Shown piece after piece: positions 62,177 through 64,000 of a stretch of 64,000 bases of DNA. The notes below the pieces were generated by a model that was given only the letters and a program-made list of their open reading frames with translations, made no database searches and was not told where the DNA came from. Within the stretch, counting starts at the first letter, position 1, and the number at the start of each line of letters is the position of its first letter. Origin of the DNA: a virus (lineage: Duplodnaviria > Caudoviricetes); the IMG/VR virus record IMGVR_UViG_3300048861_000081, positions 3,689 to 67,688 of that record; one strand, given 5' to 3'. Made by a program: the position numbers and the translations under genes.

Positions 62177-62614
62177 ATGACCGCCGTCGCCCTATGGGTC
62201 ATCAAACAGATCGGGATCGCCGGCTGCGTCCTGATCGGCCTGCTTGCCTACTATGAGGGGCTTCCGTTCCTGAACTCATACCCGCTCCTTCTTAAGCTGC
62301 CGCTCGTCGGTCAGCTTGCGGTCGGGCATGTCGAGGAGGAACGGCAGCGGGCGGCGAAGGATGCGACGGCCGGTCTTGTCGCCTCCTACGATCTTGATCT
62401 TGCCAACGCCAAGCTCGCCACCCTGCAAGCGGAACTTACCCGCTATGCCCAATTAGTCGACGCCGCCCGGAAACAGACCGACGCGGCGACTGTAGCGGCG
62501 CAGCAAGCGAAAGATGATTTGGAGAAAAGAATTGCCAAGGAAACAGACGACAATGCTTGCAGCGGCTGGTCTCAGTCTGACGGCGATCATCTTGAGCGGG
62601 TGCGCAAGCGATAA
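62177..62614 (+). CDS. i-spanin (Rz-like)
   Basis: N-terminal TM, coiled coil, C-terminal Cys. Confidence 0.75.
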   Translation: MTAVALWVIKQIGIAGCVLIGLLAYYEGLPFLNSYPLLLKLPLVGQLAVGHVEEERQRAAKDATAGLVASYDLDLANAKLATLQAELTRYAQLVDAARKQTDAATVAAQQAKDDLEKRIAKETDDNACSGWSQSDGDHLERVRKR

Positions 62615-62885
62615 CGCAAAAGCCAAACAAGAATTGACGACGATCGCCATACAGCGGGCGGCGGTCGAAACACGGGCGCCTTTGCCGCCTTGGCCGGAAT
62701 ACTGCTCGACCCCCATGGCAGGGGTGAAGCCAAAGAACGGAGAGAAATATTGGGCGATCCAGGCGCGATGGGAAGTGGTGCAGGGCAACGAAAACACGCG
62801 CATCGAGTGGTGCGCAAATCATTACGGCGAGATAGCAGCGACGAGCACGCCGCCGCCGGCAGCGACGGGGACGACGAAGAAATGA
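62553..62885 (+). CDS. o-spanin (Rz1-like lipoprotein), overlapping the i-spanin
   Basis: MLAAAGLSLTAIILSG|C lipobox; Pro-rich mature part. Confidence 0.8.
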   Translation: MLAAAGLSLTAIILSGCASDNAKAKQELTTIAIQRAAVETRAPLPPWPEYCSTPMAGVKPKNGEKYWAIQARWEVVQGNENTRIEWCANHYGEIAATSTPPPAATGTTKK

Positions 62886-63121
62886 CGGCCAAGGACGAAG
62901 AGGGGGCCGAAACCGGCGACGAAGTCATCGTCGTCAGGCTGACGCGGCGTGAATTCAAGAAATGGCAGAACGCGATCGATCTTGTCGACCGCGTCGGATG
63001 GGTATTGAGCGGCCTAGAGCGCTTTGCGAAATGGGCCGCGATCATGGCGGGCGGGGCGTACGTCATCAAGGGCATGTTTCCACACTGGTTCGGCGGTCCA
63101 CCGCCCGGAGGAAATCCATGA
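62882..63121 (+). CDS. Small membrane protein (holin-like?)
   Basis: ATGA overlap; C-terminal hydrophobic WAAIMAGGAYVIKGMF. Confidence 0.65.
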   Translation: MTAKDEEGAETGDEVIVVRLTRREFKKWQNAIDLVDRVGWVLSGLERFAKWAAIMAGGAYVIKGMFPHWFGGPPPGGNP

Positions 63122-63729
63122 AAAACGCTCTGGCTTGGCTTAAAGACGAATGGTTTGCGATCTTGTTTTCGGCAGTCATTGTGCTGCCGAATGCATTCTG
63201 GTGGTTTGATAATTCGCCGCCGACCGATCTCATCAGCGCTACGATATCGACGCCGACTGTTGAAGCCGGCGGGACGATTGTCATCGACTATAAGGTCAAT
63301 CGCTTCCGCGCTTGCTCGGGCGATATACAGCGCGTCATTACCGACAGCCAGGGCGTCACCCATCTGATTGCCCCCTATAGCTTCCTGCGATCTGACATCA
63401 AGCCAGATCAGGGCGTCGGGATCACAAACAGGATTGCGGCGCCGGTTCCGGTCGGCGCCGCATCCGGCAAGGCGACGTACCATGCTGAAATCGACTACTA
63501 CTGCAATCCGCAGCAACGGGTCCTCGGGACGCCTATCAAGGTGACGACGCCCGAAATTGACTTCGATATCATCGATGATCCAAAGACGTCCGGGGAGGAC
63601 CAACCGAGGCCCATTCCGCAATCAGATGACGTCATGGCAAATCAGCCGCGTCGGACCGATCTCGGGCCGTCGTACGATCCAATTATCAAGACGGATTTCG
63701 GGTCGATCGTAGCGGTCGCCAGAACTTGA
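63118..63729 (+). CDS. N-terminally anchored membrane protein with beta-rich periplasmic domain
   Basis: WFAILFSAVIVLPNAFWWF TM; two Cys; ATGA overlap. Confidence 0.7.
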   Translation: MKNALAWLKDEWFAILFSAVIVLPNAFWWFDNSPPTDLISATISTPTVEAGGTIVIDYKVNRFRACSGDIQRVITDSQGVTHLIAPYSFLRSDIKPDQGVGITNRIAAPVPVGAASGKATYHAEIDYYCNPQQRVLGTPIKVTTPEIDFDIIDDPKTSGEDQPRPIPQSDDVMANQPRRTDLGPSYDPIIKTDFGSIVAVART

Positions 63730-63846
63730 ATAGCGCTCCCCGATGGATCGGCGTCCGGTCGGGTTGATGCGCAGCGGGGGCCGGTGTTTTCCTTGGCCCG
63801 GCCCCCGCATTCCTATAAGCTGCACATTGCTGTGAATGATTAGATT

Positions 63847-63888
63847 TGCCCCTGTATCCGCTTCGGCGGGTGCAGGGGCATTTTTTTT
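63847..63888 (+). terminator. Intrinsic terminator at end of the late operon
   Basis: 15-bp stem with C(TTCG)G loop and T8. Confidence 0.92.
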
Positions 63889-63988
63889 GTGCCTATATTC
63901 CGGTGCTCGATCGGGTATCCTCTACGGAGCAAGACGTAAAACCTTGAAATTGTTACGCTGTCATTTTGGCTATTCCGCTTGATACGCC

Positions 63989-64000
63989 CCTCCGCTACCA
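63989..64000 (+). other. Candidate attR core: duplicated tRNA 3' end
   Basis: CCTCCGCTACCA = acceptor-stem 3' strand + discriminator + CCA, as recalled for rhizobial elongator tRNA-Met; no intact tRNA body upstream. Confidence 0.5.

Larger units (their letters stand above)
1..64000. mobile_element. Temperate prophage (lambda-like head, P2-like contractile tail); left end/integrase lies outside the window
   Basis: Continuous phage gene order: recombination, repressor/cro, replication, terminase, portal, capsid, baseplate, sheath, tape measure, lysis; no host housekeeping genes; ends on a tRNA-like att core. Confidence 0.95.

Noticed and set aside
1-64000. CRISPR array, DGR, retron/RT, invertase shufflon, IS element, integrase, intact tRNA/rRNA
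   Set aside because: No regularly spaced repeats, RT motifs, serine/tyrosine recombinase or transposase ORFs, or cloverleaf found by reading

Overview
The whole window is the right-hand ~64 kb of a temperate, contractile-tailed alphaproteobacterial (Rhizobiales-like, high-GC) prophage. It appears to end exactly on a tRNA-3'-end-like att core (63989-64000). Layout: a leftward early operon for recombination/repair and accessory genes (1-13.6 kb); a CI/Cro-like switch (13.9-15.1 kb); a rightward replication operon with GapR-like, RuvC-like, primase-helicase, C5-MTase-like and LigD-type ligase genes (14.7-22.1 kb); a second leftward accessory operon (22.2-28.9 kb); a candidate cos site, ParB-MTase, lambda-type terminase/portal, protease and capsid (29.5-41.9 kb); a P2-like baseplate/sheath/tube/tape-measure module with a predicted -1 frameshift (41.9-56.8 kb); a beta-helix tailspike; an antisense two-gene moron (orphan KpsM-like permease plus RgpF-like glycan protein); and a lysis cassette. 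The most notable signals are: (i) the capsule-export/modification moron next to the tailspike; (ii) a major capsid protein with a Sec-signal-like N-terminus; (iii) a repressor whose S24 self-cleavage residues all appear degenerate, together with a 17-bp palindromic operator found six times, once over the terS start codon. Family assignments are from motif recognition by eye, without database searches. Several starts were moved from the ORF track using RBS and stop/start overlaps.
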